DNA of 64,000 nucleotides, from assembly GCA_963817895.1 (NCBI GenBank), contig CAWFQB010000001.1, positions 384,001 to 448,000 of the forward strand, written 5' to 3'. Origin of the DNA: an uncultured Chthonomonadaceae bacterium. Lineage in GTDB: Bacteria > Armatimonadota > Chthonomonadetes > Chthonomonadales > Chthonomonadaceae. Numbering within the stretch: the first letter of the stretch is position 1; each line of letters opens with the position of its first letter. Below, piece by piece: positions 63,359 to 64,000 of the stretch. The notes below the pieces were generated by a model. That model was given only the letters and a program-made list of their open reading frames with translations. It did no database searches and was not told where the DNA came from. The position numbers and the translations under genes are program-made.

Positions 63359-64000
63359 ATGCGCAGTCATCGGCTTCTCTCCTGTCTTTGCGGCCTTCTG
63401 GCGTCTGCCCTTCCCGCGTCGGCGCAGCAAAACTCGCTGCTGAGTCTGTCCGAACCGTCCGGCACTCTATTGATGGGCGATTACTCGTTTGCGGGCAAGT
63501 CGAGCCGAAGCCTGCAAACCGACGGATGGACGCTGCATCAGCAACTCGCGTCCCGCCTGTATGGATGGTACGGGCAGCAAAACATCCTTGCCACCGGACG
63601 CAGCGGGGCCACGCATTTCACCGCCGATACGTCCCGTTTTGGCGCGCAATGGGGATTGTCGCCCACGCCCCTGCGCGGATGGACGCTGGCGTATGGCGGC
63701 TACCGTCCCTCCAACGCCCGATTGGTAACGCCCTCCAACCACATCATACGCCCCGGCGAGGTGACGCGGGTGCAGTATCCCGATACTCAATCCGATCTGC
63801 TGACCGCGCGCTACGCTTTCGGCAGGCCGCTTCCCGACACAAGAACGGCGCGAATTGCGCCGACCTACAGCGTGTTCGGCGGTTACAGTCGCGTGAGCGC
63901 GGTCGGCACGGGGGCGGACGCGCTTCTGGCAGGAGCCGGCGCGCTATTTCAAATCAACCCGCGCGTGACAGGCGATGTGGAATTGACGATGTACGGGGAG
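63359..64000 (+). CDS. Secreted, possibly beta-barrel protein, truncated by the window end (absent from the ORF track)
   Basis: MRSHRLLSCLCGLLASALPASAQQ signal peptide; frame stays open to 64000. Confidence 0.65.
   Translation, partial: MRSHRLLSCLCGLLASALPASAQQNSLLSLSEPSGTLLMGDYSFAGKSSRSLQTDGWTLHQQLASRLYGWYGQQNILATGRSGATHFTADTSRFGAQWGLSPTPLRGWTLAYGGYRPSNARLVTPSNHIIRPGEVTRVQYPDTQSDLLTARYAFGRPLPDTRTARIAPTYSVFGGYSRVSAVGTGADALLAGAGALFQINPRVTGDVELTMYGE

Overview
Bacterial chromosomal window of roughly 60% GC by eye. The gene set (DUF6785-like transporter, planctomycete-type DUF1549/DUF1553-DUF1501-WD40/cytochrome-PPC cluster, PEP-CTERM and CFI-box-CTERM proteins) suggests Armatimonadota, which is an inference. 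Many conserved genes (nadC, gltB, gltD and others) are broken by single-base indels, most likely long-read assembly errors. Housekeeping and envelope genes are nadC, birA, gltB, gltD, a type II NADH dehydrogenase fused to a cNMP-binding domain, a porin/di-haem oxidoreductase operon, an S41 peptidase, SEL1 proteins, NlpC/P60, PhyH and a haem c-glutathione peroxidase fusion. A lower-GC accessory tract (about 33.5-43.7 kb) holds secreted hydrolases and toxin-antitoxin loci, and a type I R-M system follows at 48.9-56.1 kb. The most notable observations: (1) a ~130-bp promoter plus structured RNA unit leads gltB, carries mutually exclusive pairings like a riboswitch, and recurs 6.5 kb away as a diverged copy; (2) a DUF559 nuclease flanked by two REPIN-like doublets sits between hsdM and hsdS; (3) 7/8-mer tandem repeats and REP-like elements are inserted in frame inside many proteins. 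No tRNA, rRNA, CRISPR array or integrase was recognised. All family assignments come from motif recognition by eye, not from database searches.
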